Below are positions 52,640 through 64,000 of a stretch of 64,000 nt of DNA, piece by piece. The stretch spans positions 60,638,001 through 60,702,000 of the forward strand of contig NC_087437.1 in the NCBI RefSeq assembly GCF_036321535.1. Reading direction: 5' to 3'. Position 1 is the first letter of the stretch. Each line of letters begins with the position of its first letter. Source of the stretch: Camelus dromedarius. Taxonomy: Eukaryota. The position numbers and the translations under genes are program-made. The notes beneath the pieces were generated by a model. It was not told the DNA's origin. It saw nothing but the letters and a program-made list of their open reading frames with translations, and ran no database searches.

Positions 52640-54335
52640 ACTCCTCTGAAGGTGGAGTAGATGTATGTACGTGTATATACACATGGGTTTGTATGGGTAT
52701 GTACATTCATACATATATATGTCTGCATATATTATTTTCTTTCCACGTACCGTATCATTCTGCAACTTTCTTTTTCAAAATCAGTAGTCTTGGAGATCCC
52801 TCCATGTTAGGACATGTAGATCTATATTCTTTTTAACTGCTATGGTTGGTTCAACAGTGTGAATATACTACAGTGTATGTATTTAGCTATTCTGCTGGTA
52901 GAGTTAAATTTAGGTGGTTTTGATTTTTCACTATTATCAGTAATGCTGCAATGAACATCCTGCTGTGTGCCCCATCCCTGTGCTGCAAATACAAGCATTT
53001 TTATTGAGTGGATACCAAGAAACAGAACTAGAATGTAAAAGGATATGCATCTTTTTACTTTATAAGGCACTTAAAACTGATTAGGAATTGCAGCTGTTCC
53101 CCAAGTGGCTGTATTAATGTATATACTCCACCAGAAAATACAAGAATAACTATTTCCTTATACCCACCTTAATATCATCAAACTTTTGCAAACTTTTCCT
53201 TATACCCACTTTAATACCATCAAACTTTTCCTAAAAAAATTCTGAGGAAGTATTCATTTGCATTTCCCTTAATTCTGGTGAGGCTGAGCATCCCTCCATG
53301 TGTTTAACAGATATATGCATTTTTCCTAAAAATTACTTATTTTATCCTCTGTCCATTTCTATTAGATCCTTATTTTTCTTATTCATTTGTAGGTGTTCTT
53401 TATATATTTTTGATAGGGACTATCTATTATATACGTCACAAACATTTTCTCCAAGTCTGTCCCTTTTAACTTTATGACATAACAGAAGTTTTAAATTATG
53501 AGATGGTCAAATTTATCAGTCTGTCCCTTTGTCTTTTGCTTTTTGGTTCTGTATAAGAAGGCCTTCCCTACTCTTAAAGCATAAAATCTATATTTTAGTC
53601 TAATTTTATAGTTTTGTGTATTATATTTAGGTCATTATTCTATCTGGAATTTGTTCTTATAAACAGTATGAAGTAGGATCTATATCTAACTTTTCCAAAT
53701 AGCTGATTTTCCCAATGGCATATATTGAATAGCCTGTACTTTCCCAACTTTATCATATACAAAGTTCCTACATATACATGAATTACTTCTAGATTCTCTA
53801 TGCTTTTCCACCAATCTACATGTCTATTCCAAAGCCAATACAAGTATAATAGTTTCAGTTATTAAAACTTTATGATATGGTTTGACAAGTATTCCTTTAG
53901 TTTTATTCTACTTTAAAACTATTTTAGCTGTTCATTCACATGAATTCTGCAATTTGAATTCTAGAATGAGCTTATCAGGTTTCATTCAAAATCCTGTTGG
54001 GAAATTGATTAGGACAGAAATTGGTTTATATTAGTTTGGGGAGAATTAATGTCCTTCCAATATTGAGTCTGCCTATCTTTCCATCTATTCAGATTTCCTT
54101 TAAATACTTCAAGAGTTTTCATCTCAAAGAATGTCCCCAATTTTGCTAGGGTATATTCCTGGATAATTCACATCTTGGTTGCTTTTGAAAATGGAATCTT
54201 TCTGTTTTCAGTTACATTTTCTAACTGGTTCTTGCTAGTGCAGGAAAATCAGGAAACATATACTGATTTTTTTTGCTTTATATCCCACCATCTTGTTGAA
54301 CTCTTTTAGTTGAATTCTAATACTGCCAGCTGATT
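52640..54335 (-). mobile_element. Old LINE-1 (L1ME-like) fragment in a SENP5 intron
   Basis: Degenerate ORF2 and 3' UTR sequence; ORF 53640-53843 resembles L1 ORF2 (WNRHVDWW...LFNICHWENQL). Confidence 0.7.
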
Positions 54336-54682
54336 CTCATTCTACAGAAGTTATTTTGAAGATACAAGCCAATTTTGGCTCTAAGAGAAACCAAAGAAAA
54401 TGACTTCTATCCACGTTCAAAATGTAGTTTTAAGGGAAAGAAAAGAACAAAAATCTGACAGAATCCAAACAGCATGTATCTCAGAGAAGGATCCAGATCA
54501 TAGACCACTACCTCTTCCCACCTGGAGATTCCTCTTGTAGTCCTTTTCTCTGCCAACATTTTGGCATGACATGACAGAAACTGATCATCCATGGTACTGA
54601 CTTCTGCTGTTCTGTCCAGAGCTAAGATACCATTTGGTTAATCACAAGATAAATGGAAAAAAAGTGCAGTATATTAACTTAC

Positions 54683-54820
54683 CTCTACACAAAACTTAAA
54701 ATGAATGCCTTGGGAATCATAAAATGAAATAATTCGATTGGAGAGTGTCACAGTAATGAGAGACCAGTGGACTTCCAGGTGAATAGGAATCAACAGAAGA
54801 CTCTTTTTAAACAAATCCAC
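54683..54820 (-). CDS. SENP5: SENP5 exon carrying the catalytic His and Asp
   Basis: VDLFKKSLLLIPIHLEVHWSLITVTLSNRIISFYDSQGIHFKFCVE; 138 nt; canonical splice sites. Confidence 0.97.
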
Positions 54821-55224
54821 CTGATCAAGAAAAGGGGAAAAAATGGAGTCATCACCACAGGTTTTCAAAACCAGTAACAATAAACAGCAGCTTACATTTA
54901 CTGACCTTTGACCTACTCACAGTCATAAAACTAGGAAGTGATGAAGCCAGAATATGAGCCCAGATCTTAGTCTAAAGCCCTGTTTATAACTACTAAGCTG
55001 TAACACATAACAATCAGAAAACTGAAGATACAGAAAGCACTGTTTTTCATTTAACCCGCTAAACCTGTGCTTATCAATTACATAATATGATCTAGCCCCT
55101 TATTTTTAAGCTTAACTAATTTTCTTACATACATATTTGACCTAGAATCAATTCTTAATTAGGAAGGAATCATGGTATTAGAAAACAGCACAGCCATCTA
55201 TTCGCCTTCTATCTTTCCACAGAT

Positions 55225-55475
55225 GTGGTGTAGTAGTTAAGATCATGGGTTCTGAAGTGAGTCTGGTCAAGTTCAAATTGTGGCTCTTTCAGTTATTGAC
55301 TAGATAACTTTAGCATTTTTCATAGCTTCTTTGTGCTTGATTTCCTCAACTATAAAATATAGATAACAATAGTACCCAGCTTACGAAGTTGGTGAGAGTG
55401 ATAATACATGTAAAATGCACAAAAGTGTGCTTGGTGCATTATTTGTAGCCAATAAATCTTAGATCATTATTACTA
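55225..55475 (+). mobile_element. MIR SINE
   Basis: GTAGTAGTTAAGATCATGGGTTCTGAAG...TTTCCTCAACTATAAAATATAGATAACAATAGTACC...CAATAAAT. Confidence 0.7.
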
Positions 55476-56134
55476 CCATGGGTCTCTCAGATGTTGAATA
55501 TACTTAATTCTTTATACATCCTTTACATCCTAACTCATCCTTCATATCCTAATACATATTCTTTAAAATCTAGAAATATTCACTGTACCAGTCAAAAACC
55601 AAGTTGTGGATTGGATATGAAGTAGTAGGTACTCAATAAACATTCATAAAAGAGTGAATGGATTTCTTTTTTTCAGATGTTTTTTGTATCTTGGTGATTC
55701 TTTGGGTTAAAACAATTACAAGGCTATTTTAAACTATAACAGATTCTTAGAAACTATTTCTCAAGCTTTCCTTGCTTTCTTACATTCAGATAATGTCCTG
55801 CTCTAGATGAACCTTCTACTAGTCTACATGGCTTTGGTACAAAGCACATTAGCACTTCTGTTTTTCGGTTTCAGCATCCATAAACCTGGGAGGTGAGGTA
55901 AACAGAAGGAAATATTAAATAGGACAGACAATTGGTCCTTTCCAACTCAAAAATTCTGAGTATCTAAACCAAGAATCATGTTTAAAATACAGTATTAAAT
56001 GAGAACAAATTTATATTTTCCTCAAAAAGAAACTTAATTATAAAAACAATTTAAAAATAAAAATTAGAAAATACAGATGAAAAGATATAGTTAAGTATGT
56101 ATCTTTCCAGATCTTTTTCTTCTTTTTAATATAT

Positions 56135-56137
<3 letters not shown>

Positions 56138-56170
<33 letters not shown>
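56138..56170 (+). repeat. (CA)n microsatellite
   Basis: Directly visible, about 16 units. Confidence 0.95.
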
Positions 56171-56175
<5 letters not shown>

Positions 56176-56451
56176 CTCACACAACCGTATCCATATAATT
56201 AAGAATGATGTGTGTGATTGACTGTATTACTGACCCCAATTATTTGCTGTCCTCCCTATAAAAGAATTATACACAACTGCCTACTGCCCCTCGCGGTGGG
56301 GAGAAAAGCAGTCATATGATTTGCTTTAACCAATGCAATGTAAAGAGAAATGAAGTTATGTCAAGACCAAGCTGAAGCTTCAAGAGCCATCATGTGGCCC
56401 TGAGACTGGCATGTCTCTAGATTAGGTGCTGCTCCTTCAGTCTGGGTCCCA

Positions 56452-57736
56452 TTAAAGGAATAAAGAGGAAAAAAACCATACGATCATCTCCTTAGACACA
56501 GGAAGAGTATTTGGTAAAACGACATCCATCTATGATTAAAAACTCTCAGCAAACCATATATGGGAAGGAACTTCCTTAACCTGATAAAGAACATCTACAA
56601 AAAACCTACTGCTGACCTCATAAATAATAGTGAAAAACTGAATGCTTTCCTCCTAAAATTAAGAACAAGGCAAAGGTGTCCTCTCTCATTACTTTTATTC
56701 AACAATGTACTAGCCAGTCCTACCCAGTGCAGTAAGCCAAGAAAAAAATGGTATACAGTTTAGAAAGGAAGAATTAAAACTCACTAGCTAGAGCCAGTGA
56801 GTGAGTTTGGCAAGTCACAGAATACAAGGTCAATATACAGAAATCTATTGTATTTTTATATACTAACAGCAAACAACTGGAAGATAGTATTTTAAAAATT
56901 CTGTTTATAGCAGCTTCAGAAGTAGAAAATTCTTAGGGATACACTTTTAAAAATACATGCAAGATCTGTACACTAGGAATTATGACACGTTGCGGAGAAA
57001 AATTAAAGACACAATAAATGGAAAATATACTAAATTTGTGGACTGGAAGGCTTCATATTGTTAAAATGTCCATTCTCCCCAAATGAATATATAGATTAAA
57101 CACAGTCCCAATCATAATCCAGCAAGTTTTTTAAAAACACAGATTGACAAGCTGATTCTAAAATGAATATGAAAATACAAAGGGCCAAGAATTGCCAAAG
57201 CAATCTGGAAAAAGGTTAAAGCTGGCCACTTACACCGATTTTAAGACATACTATAAAAATACAGTTATCAAGCCAGTATGGTAAAAACAAAGAGATCAGC
57301 GTAAGAGAACATAAAGTTCAGAAATAGACCAACACATATATGGTCAATCGACTTTCTACAAAGATGCCAAAACAATTAAACTGGGAAAGAGAAGCTTTTT
57401 CAACAAATGACACTGTATATCCATATGGAGGAGGAAGAAAAAAAAAAAAAGAACCTTGATCCCTACTTTATGTCTTACACAAAAATTGAGATGTAGCCGA
57501 GATGTAAACCTAGAATTATAAAGCTATTAGAAGAAAACATATAGGGCAAATATTTTTAGACTGGATATGGAAAGAAAGAACTATTAAAAAAAAAGTATGG
57601 TAAATTAGATTCCATCAAAATTAAAAATCTCCATCAGAAGGCATGTTTAAGAAATAAGAAAAGCCACAGACAGAGAAAATAATCACAAAACACAGATCTG
57701 ACAAAGGACTTATATCCAGAACAACTCAATAATAAG
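56452..57736 (+). mobile_element. LINE-1 ORF2 (reverse transcriptase region) fragment
   Basis: ORF 56560-56763 NFLNLIKNIYKKPTADLINNSEKLNAFLLKLRTRQRCPLSLLLFN matches L1 RT; degenerate elsewhere. Confidence 0.88.
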
Positions 57737-57752
57737 CCTTTCTTTACTACAA

Positions 57753-57872
57753 ACTTTTTTATTTATTTTTTTTACTTTTATTTTTTTCCTCATTAACAGA
57801 GACACTGGGGGTTGAACCCAGGACCTCATGTATGCCAAGCATGCGTTCTACCTCTGTGCTACACCCCCCCAC
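57753..57872 (-). mobile_element. tRNA-derived SINE (camelid Vic-1-like)
   Basis: T-rich tail plus CACTGGGGGTTGAACCCAGGACCTC...TTCTACCTCTGTGCTACACCCC. Confidence 0.8.
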
Positions 57873-59093
57873 CCTCAAATTTTTCATTCATGTCATTTAC
57901 CCATTATTCTATTGAGTTGGTGAGGTCTTTTTCTTATTGATTGTAGAAGCCCTTTATATATTAAGAAATATATGAGCTGTAAATATTTTCCCTAGTTTCC
58001 TGTTTGTCTTTTTATGTAAATTTGAATTAATTTGTTTTTCTTTTATACCATCTGAGTTTTAAGCTATACTTAGAATGGAATTTGCTACTCTCAGAGTAGT
58101 TTCTAAAAGTTTGTTATGGATTTTCTTAGTACTTTCATTGTGTAAGTTTTGTTGCATTCAAATCCTTGGTCATTCTGTAATTTATCTCAATGTAATCTAA
58201 TTTAGTGAGTACTTAATTCTTCTATTTTTCATCTTTTAATAATAATGGCATTTATGGCCATTATTTTTTCCTCAAAACAGCTTTATTACGTTCCATAGTT
58301 GTTTGGTAAGATGTGTTCCCCTTTCCATCCCTTCCTAGAAAGTTTGTATATAATTTCCTTTTTTATTTTCTTTTAGGTCCAAGGGTTATATCATATGTAA
58401 AATTTTGCAGTTAAGGTTTTTTAGTCATCTTTTATTATTTATTTTTAATTTGACTTAATTGTGCTCAAGAAAGTGTGTGTGTAATTTTCTTTGTGGCCAG
58501 CTTACATGATCAATTTTTACAAATGTTCCTTAGATGCAGGTATAAATGTATATTTATTCTCTTTTTGAGGGGTATAGAGATCTAGTAAATATCTATTAAT
58601 CCAAATATGTTAGTTGTATAATTTTTATTTATGATCTTATTTTTTGTCTACTAGATTGTTCAACTATGAGAGGCCTTCCACTATCAAGACCTGTTTATCA
58701 AGGTCTCCTTGTTTCTTTAATACTGTTATATCTTCTATGTACAGAAGTTTTATCAGTGTACTTTTCACCTTAAATTCTACCTCATCTGCTGTTAATACTG
58801 CTATTCCTTTTTCTGTCTGCCACTTCTTTCTTTTAGTTTGTATTTGCCTTGTACCTCTTCACCTGTCACCTTGTTTTCAAGCTTTCTTTTTTATATTATC
58901 TTATGTTTATTTCTTATATACAGCATATAGTTGGATTTTGTGATTTAATCCAGTCTGAGAGGATCCAGAGAATGGAACAATTTAATTCTATTTAATGAAA
59001 TGACTCATAAATTTATACTTGACTTTATTCCTTCATTCTTATGTTTATTATTCAGATATTATTCCATGAGTATATATTTTTCTATGCTATTTA

Positions 59094-59525
59094 CAGGACA
59101 TACTTTGTTTTACTGCACTTTGCAGATATTGTGTTTTTATTTTACAAATTGAAGGTTTTTGGCAACCCTGCACTGAGCAAGTCTATTGGTGCCATTTTTC
59201 CAACATTTCTTTATTTCATATCTGTGTCACATTTTGGTAGATCTCACAATATTTCAAATTTTTTCATTATTATTATATTTGTTATGGTGATCTGGATCAG
59301 TGATCTTTGATACTACTACTATAACTCACCAAAGGCTCAGATGATGGTTAGCATTTTTCAGCAATAAAATACTTCTTAATTAAGGTATGTATGTTATTTT
59401 TTCAGACATAATGCTATTGCAAACTTAATACAATACAGTATAAATATAACTTTTACATGCACTGGGAAATCAAAAAATTCGGTGACTTACTTTATTGTGG
59501 TGGTCTGGAACCAAACCCATAATAA
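59094..59525. mobile_element. Tigger2/MER28-like TcMar DNA transposon relic
   Basis: TACAAATTGAAGGTTTTTGGCAACCCTGCACTGAGCAAGTCTATTGGTGCCATTTTTCCAACA...CTTTATTGTGGTGGTCTGGAACCAAACCC. Confidence 0.75.
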
Positions 59526-60089
59526 TATTTCTTTTCTCTACTCCATACTATATGTATTTATCTTTCCTCAGCTACATACTACTATATGAGTGTATAATCT
59601 TAATTTGACCAGTCCCCTACTAATTAGTTGTCCTCAATTTTTCTAATATAAACACCACCACAGCCCATCCAGTGGCACAAACCCATAACTGGAAGTCATC
59701 TTTGACACTTCTTTTTCCTTCATCCTCATAACAAACTCCACCAAGCCTGTTAGTTTTACTTCCTAGATCACACTCATAATTGTGTACATCTCTCATCTCT
59801 CCTGCTACCATTCTAAAATCTTCAGTGGCCTCCTATTCTACCCACAACAACTTTGCTTCCACACTCATCCATCATCTTCAGTGCCGCTAGAGCAGACTAC
59901 AAGTTGGCTATTGTTACCTAGAACCCTTCAAGAGATTCTTACACATTTAGGATAAAATTCAACACATAGACCTTAAGGCCCTACATGTCTCGATCAGACT
60001 ACTTCATGCCACTCTCTTCTTTGCTCTCTGCATTCCAGCTACACTAGTCTCCCATGCTTCTACCATCATAATATGAAAAAGATCACCAC

Positions 60090-60290
60090 TTACTGTTTAC
60101 CATGTGCTTAGTAGTTTACATGCATTATCTCATTTAATTCCCATAACAAGGTAAATACCATTAATATTCCTATTTTAAAGATGAGGAAACTGAAGCTTAA
60201 AGAAATTAAGTAATTTGCCCAAGGTCTTACAACTGGTAAGTAGCTGAACTAGGCTCTGAACCAGGTCTGACTCCTGAGTTCATTATATCT
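60090..60290 (-). mobile_element. MIR SINE
   Basis: ATTTTAAAGATGAGGAAACTGAAGCTTAAAGAAATTAAGTAATTTGCCCAAGGTC is the reverse MIR core. Confidence 0.75.
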
Positions 60291-60439
60291 ATTTCCCCAG
60301 ATTTGCGCTCTTAAACCACATTTCATTTATCTTGGCACTACTGATGACACCTTGCACATATTAGCTACAAAGCAATGCTCAATCAGGTATTCGAACTTTG
60401 CAAAAAATTATTTCCACCCACAATGTAAGTCTTACTCTT

Positions 60440-60541
60440 TTTTTTCCTTTTTCTTTTTTTAAATGAAGGTGCAGGGGATTGAACCCAGGACCTTGTGCAT
60501 GCTAAGCAGGCACTCTATCACTGAGCTATTTCCCCTGCCCC
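60440..60541 (-). mobile_element. tRNA-derived SINE (camelid Vic-1-like) with target-site duplication
   Basis: GGGGATTGAACCCAGGACCTTGTGCATGCTAAGCAGGCACTCTATCACTGAGCTAT; TSD AAGTCTTACTCTT at 60427-60439 and AAGACTTACTCTT at 60542-60554. Confidence 0.88.
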
Positions 60542-61064
60542 AAGACTTACTCTTAATTTCACTAACCCATTCAGTGTAAAAGGCGAAGTTACAATATCTC
60601 TAGAACAATGATTGTGGAATTTGAATCTGCTGGTAATTTTTTCCAAAATATCAAAAACAGAATATAAGGTGGCTTTTAAAATGTCTCTGACAAATCAATG
60701 AATATAGAGAGAAATTAAGGTTGGAAGGAACCTTAGGGATTACTGTGATTTATCATTTTGTTTTATAAATAAGCAATCTAAAGCCCAAATTAAGTGTCTT
60801 TTCCAAGTTGCACAGCAAGCTAATAGCATTGTCAGAACTATTTACTTCCAGCCCAGGCTTTCTGTTATAGCATATTCCAGTCAACTGGGTAGGCTCAAGA
60901 CTCAAGTGTCTTGTCTTTCAAACAAAAAGATTTAAAAGAAACAATAAAAAACTTACATTAGAGTCTGTTTCTAATTAACATCATATTGGCATTAAAGTTG
61001 TCCTTCCACTCAAAGTGGCTTATCATCTGCATTTCAAATTTAGAATAAAAAAGAAATAGAATAC

Positions 61065-61142
61065 CTTTTTAGTCCATCTTTTTACTCCATTATATCCTTT
61101 GGTTACCAGCTGTCTATGAAAAAAGCTGTTGAAGAAGTGAAC
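61065..61142 (-). CDS. SENP5: SENP5 internal exon
   Basis: VHFFNSFFHRQLVTKGYNGVKRWTKK; CTAG| and |GTATTC; 78 nt. Confidence 0.96.
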
Positions 61143-61744
61143 CTAGAAGAGATATCAAATACAAGCACTCAGATTAAGCTGTACCCAGATTTAACGTCAA
61201 AAGAAACGGAAATTTTAAAAATCTCTCAATGTGAGATAAACATAAAAATGAGGAAAAGCTTCTTCTTAAGAATAATGACCAAAATGTATTACTCAGTTCA
61301 CAGAAGACTTTCAAATTTTCATTAGAATGACCTTACAGCTGTGGGGTGTAGTCAGAAGTGGAATGGGGAAGTAAATAGATTACCTGAATCCAATCATGTA
61401 AAAAAGCAACCTGATAAATCTCTTCAAATTAGGTGATAAATTTGAAAGAGGCTATGAAAGAATGAGGTAATAATACCTTGAACTCAAGGGATGTGGATTC
61501 CAAAACTAACCCCAACTGAAGGATGTGGATTTGGAGACTCTGTAGTCACAACTATAAAAAGGCCTTAGCGTGATCATTTCTAGCACTGAAAGAATTACTT
61601 GGTCATACGGCATCACAGCCTGCATCCTTGGCTTTTTCAAACTTCTGACTTATAAATTAGTATCAGCTCACCTGAGAGTAAACATACTGTGGTCTTAAAG
61701 TATTCACTCAGTAACTGACTCACTTGAGATGGTAAAACTGATCC

Positions 61745-62170
61745 CTTAGTGCTGAGGTGCTCAGGATGTGTCACCAGACCAGCAGTATCAGCATCACCTG
61801 GGAACATGTTAAAATGTAATTCTCAGGCTCCACTCCAGACCTAATAAAGCAGAAACTCTGAGGTGAGGCTGAAGTGAGGCTCAGCAATCTGGTTTCTGAC
61901 GATTCTGTTACACATTTGTTTTGAGAACCACGCACCTCTACATATCAATAAAAAGGGTGTAGTGATTCTAGCTATCTCTAGAGCAGTGATTCTCAAACTT
62001 CGAGGGCTTCAGAATCTGAAAGGCTTGTCAAAACATAGATTGCTGGGCCCTACCTCCAGTTTCTGATTCAGTAGATGTGGGCTAGAGTCCAAAAATCTGC
62101 ATCCCTAGTAAATTCCCAGGTAATACTGATGCTGCTGGTCTGGGGACTACACTTGGAAAACCACTGCCTT
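61745..62170. mobile_element. Two adjacent MER5-type hAT relics
   Basis: CAGCATCACCTGGGAACATGTTAAAATG...TTTGAGAACCAC and CAGTGATTCTCAAACTT...TTCTGATTCAGTAG...ACACTTGGAAAACCACTG. Confidence 0.75.
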
Positions 62171-62490
62171 AGTAAGTGTCCTTTTAATCCAATGAAGGTT
62201 TAGAATTAAATGTAGCAGTTATGAAGGGAAATTATACCCCTGAAATTAATACTTTATATTAAAAATCATCTGTATGTGTTTAGATTTAAACTGATGATTA
62301 AGAGAATTTGACATATTAAAGAATCTGACAGACTACCCTCATTTCAATTTAAAATGCATAACAAATTTGTGATTTTTAAGTGGAATGTCAGACATTTTGT
62401 CTATATTCATAAAGTAGTGTTGGAATCTGAGATTCATTATATTTGCCTGTCTAAATTATTAGATTTATAAAAGTTTATAAAGTACTTGGA

Positions 62491-62649
62491 GGGAGGAGGG
62501 TATAGCTCAGTGGCAGAGCACGTGCTCTGCATGCACAAGGTCCTGGGTTCAATCCCCAGTACCTACAAGAAGGGAAGGTAGGGAGGGAGGGGGGGGGAGG
62601 AAGCGAGGGAGGGAGGGAGGGATCGAGGGAAGACAGACCTTGAAAAAGG
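62491..62649 (+). mobile_element. tRNA-derived SINE (camelid Vic-1-like) with a GGGA-rich tail
   Basis: A box TAGCTCAGTGG at 62503-62513, B box GGTTCAATCCC at 62546-62556; imperfect TSD AAGTACTTGGA / AAGAACTTGAA. Confidence 0.85.
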
Positions 62650-63190
62650 AAGAACTTGAAAGGTTTTGCTTGTTGAAATCAAAGGCTGCCCATCAGGGAA
62701 TTTAAACACTCAGAAAGAAAAATTAACATATTAAATTTTTTAAAAGTTCTGATGCGTAATTAAGGTCTTAAGGGAATTTTAGAGTTTAAGGGGGGTGGTC
62801 TGTATTTGAACTATCAAAGACTAATCCAAGAAAAAATGAAAATGAATACTACTTTACTACATTTTTAAAGGGAGTAAGACATTAAGCTAAATTTAAAACC
62901 GTAAATCAAATAATCCCTTTTGTGCATCTCCCTACTTAAAAAAAAAGCCTCCTCAAGATATCAAAAAAAATCCACTCCGAAACAAATAAGCAGGAAAACA
63001 CTGGGATCATGACTTTCTTATGCTGACATGACTTTACAGAACTTATGCCCAACCCTAGCACAAGACAAAGACAAAACCTAATGTTTTCTAAAAATCTAAG
63101 AAATATCAAATAATTATATAGTTAAAAAACAAAACAAAAGTCCTTTAATATACAAGGACCCTCCTGAATTAAGAGAAAATTTTCACTTAC

Positions 63191-63238
63191 TTTTTCTGGG
63201 ACTGCATCCATTATCAGCTCACCGTACATATTAATGAC
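63191..63238 (-). CDS. SENP5: SENP5 internal exon
   Basis: VINMYGELIMDAVPEK; 48 nt; TAG| and |GTAAGT. Confidence 0.95.
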
Positions 63239-63500
63239 CTACAAAAAGTCAACATAAAACCAGCTCACTAACCCCTATCCAATTCAGAATGCCCCATTCA
63301 GAATGAATAACATATTGATACTGCTAATAGTAATCAAGCCTTTTGGATACTGGGATTAATGAATAAGTCACTTCAGTAAGCAATAAAGAATCCTTGATTC
63401 CAAAAGATAATTGTGAGACCAACCCAGAGGTTATCAATTATATTTTATTGTCCAACATCCTCTGCAACTTTTCCACTTTGAGAATCTACAATACACTAAC

Positions 63501-63639
63501 CTGGTCATTCAGCCAATTCTGACCATCCAGGGTTGCCAGATCATCCATATCCAGCATGTGTTTATTGTAGAAGATGCGGAAGTTGCACTTTTGATGTCTG
63601 GCCCTATAGTTTGTTATTTCCCTATTGATAAATGGTTTT
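63501..63639 (-). CDS. SENP5: SENP5 internal exon, start of the catalytic domain
   Basis: KPFINREITNYRARHQKCNFRIFYNKHMLDMDDLATLDGQNWLNDQ (WLND motif); 139 nt. Confidence 0.96.
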
Positions 63640-63788
63640 CTGAAACAAATATTTTGAAAGAAAAGGAAAAAAAAACACATAAGTTCAACTCGATTTATTG
63701 CTAAGTATCTTTTTCTTTAATCAAGAGAAAAGTCATATATGTCAACAATTTTATTTTCAAGGGCTTAACTTAAGCATCATTAACAAAC

Positions 63789-63894
63789 CTATTTGAAAAG
63801 TCTTCATTAAAGACATCTTTTAATCTTCCAAGGACATCTTTTTCACTGAGTGGGACCAAACTGCCATACTTCTTCATAACCTCATCTAGGAATC
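63789..63894 (-). CDS. SENP5: SENP5 internal exon; the gene continues beyond the window
   Basis: FLDEVMKKYGSLVPLSEKDVLGRLKDVFNEDFSN(R); 106 nt; phase matches the next exon. Confidence 0.94.
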
Positions 63895-64000
63895 CTTAAA
63901 TAAAGGAAGGAAGAAAAATTAAGATGGAAAAGCCATTTTCAGTAAAGTCATTCTCTCTATACTTAACCTATACACAACACTTAATATACATTTAACCAAC

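Noticed and set aside
62497..62570. tRNA-like sequence with A and B boxes
   Set aside because: Multiple diverged copies with tails and target-site duplications show it is a SINE, not a tRNA gene.

Overview
Mammalian genomic DNA, very probably a camelid (four tRNA-derived SINEs of the Vic-1 type), syntenic with the human 3q29 block PIGZ - NCBP2AS2 - NCBP2 - SENP5. Bases 1-19,000 are repeat-rich intergenic DNA with no recognisable coding exon. PIGZ (+; GPI mannosyltransferase 4) has CpG-rich promoter candidates at about 19.2-22.3 kb and two coding exons, giving 563 aa. NCBP2AS2 (-; single exon, 99 aa) is head-to-head with NCBP2 (+; four coding exons, 156 aa CBP20, U12-type intron 2). The last eight coding exons of SENP5 (-; SUMO protease catalytic domain) and its roughly 3.2 kb 3' UTR converge on NCBP2. 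Exon coordinates were derived by manual translation and give intact frames; gene names and comparisons to human proteins rest on recall, not a database search. Repeat boundaries and subfamilies are approximate. I cannot demonstrate a wholly new biological system. The best leads are regulatory: (1) the human PIGZ start ATG here opens a 27-codon uORF that stops 1 nt before the real start and sits directly behind tandem splice acceptors; (2) a second U12 branch point and acceptor in NCBP2 intron 2 would create an NMD-targeted isoform; (3) a dense cluster of miRNA seed matches lies in the SENP5 3' UTR.
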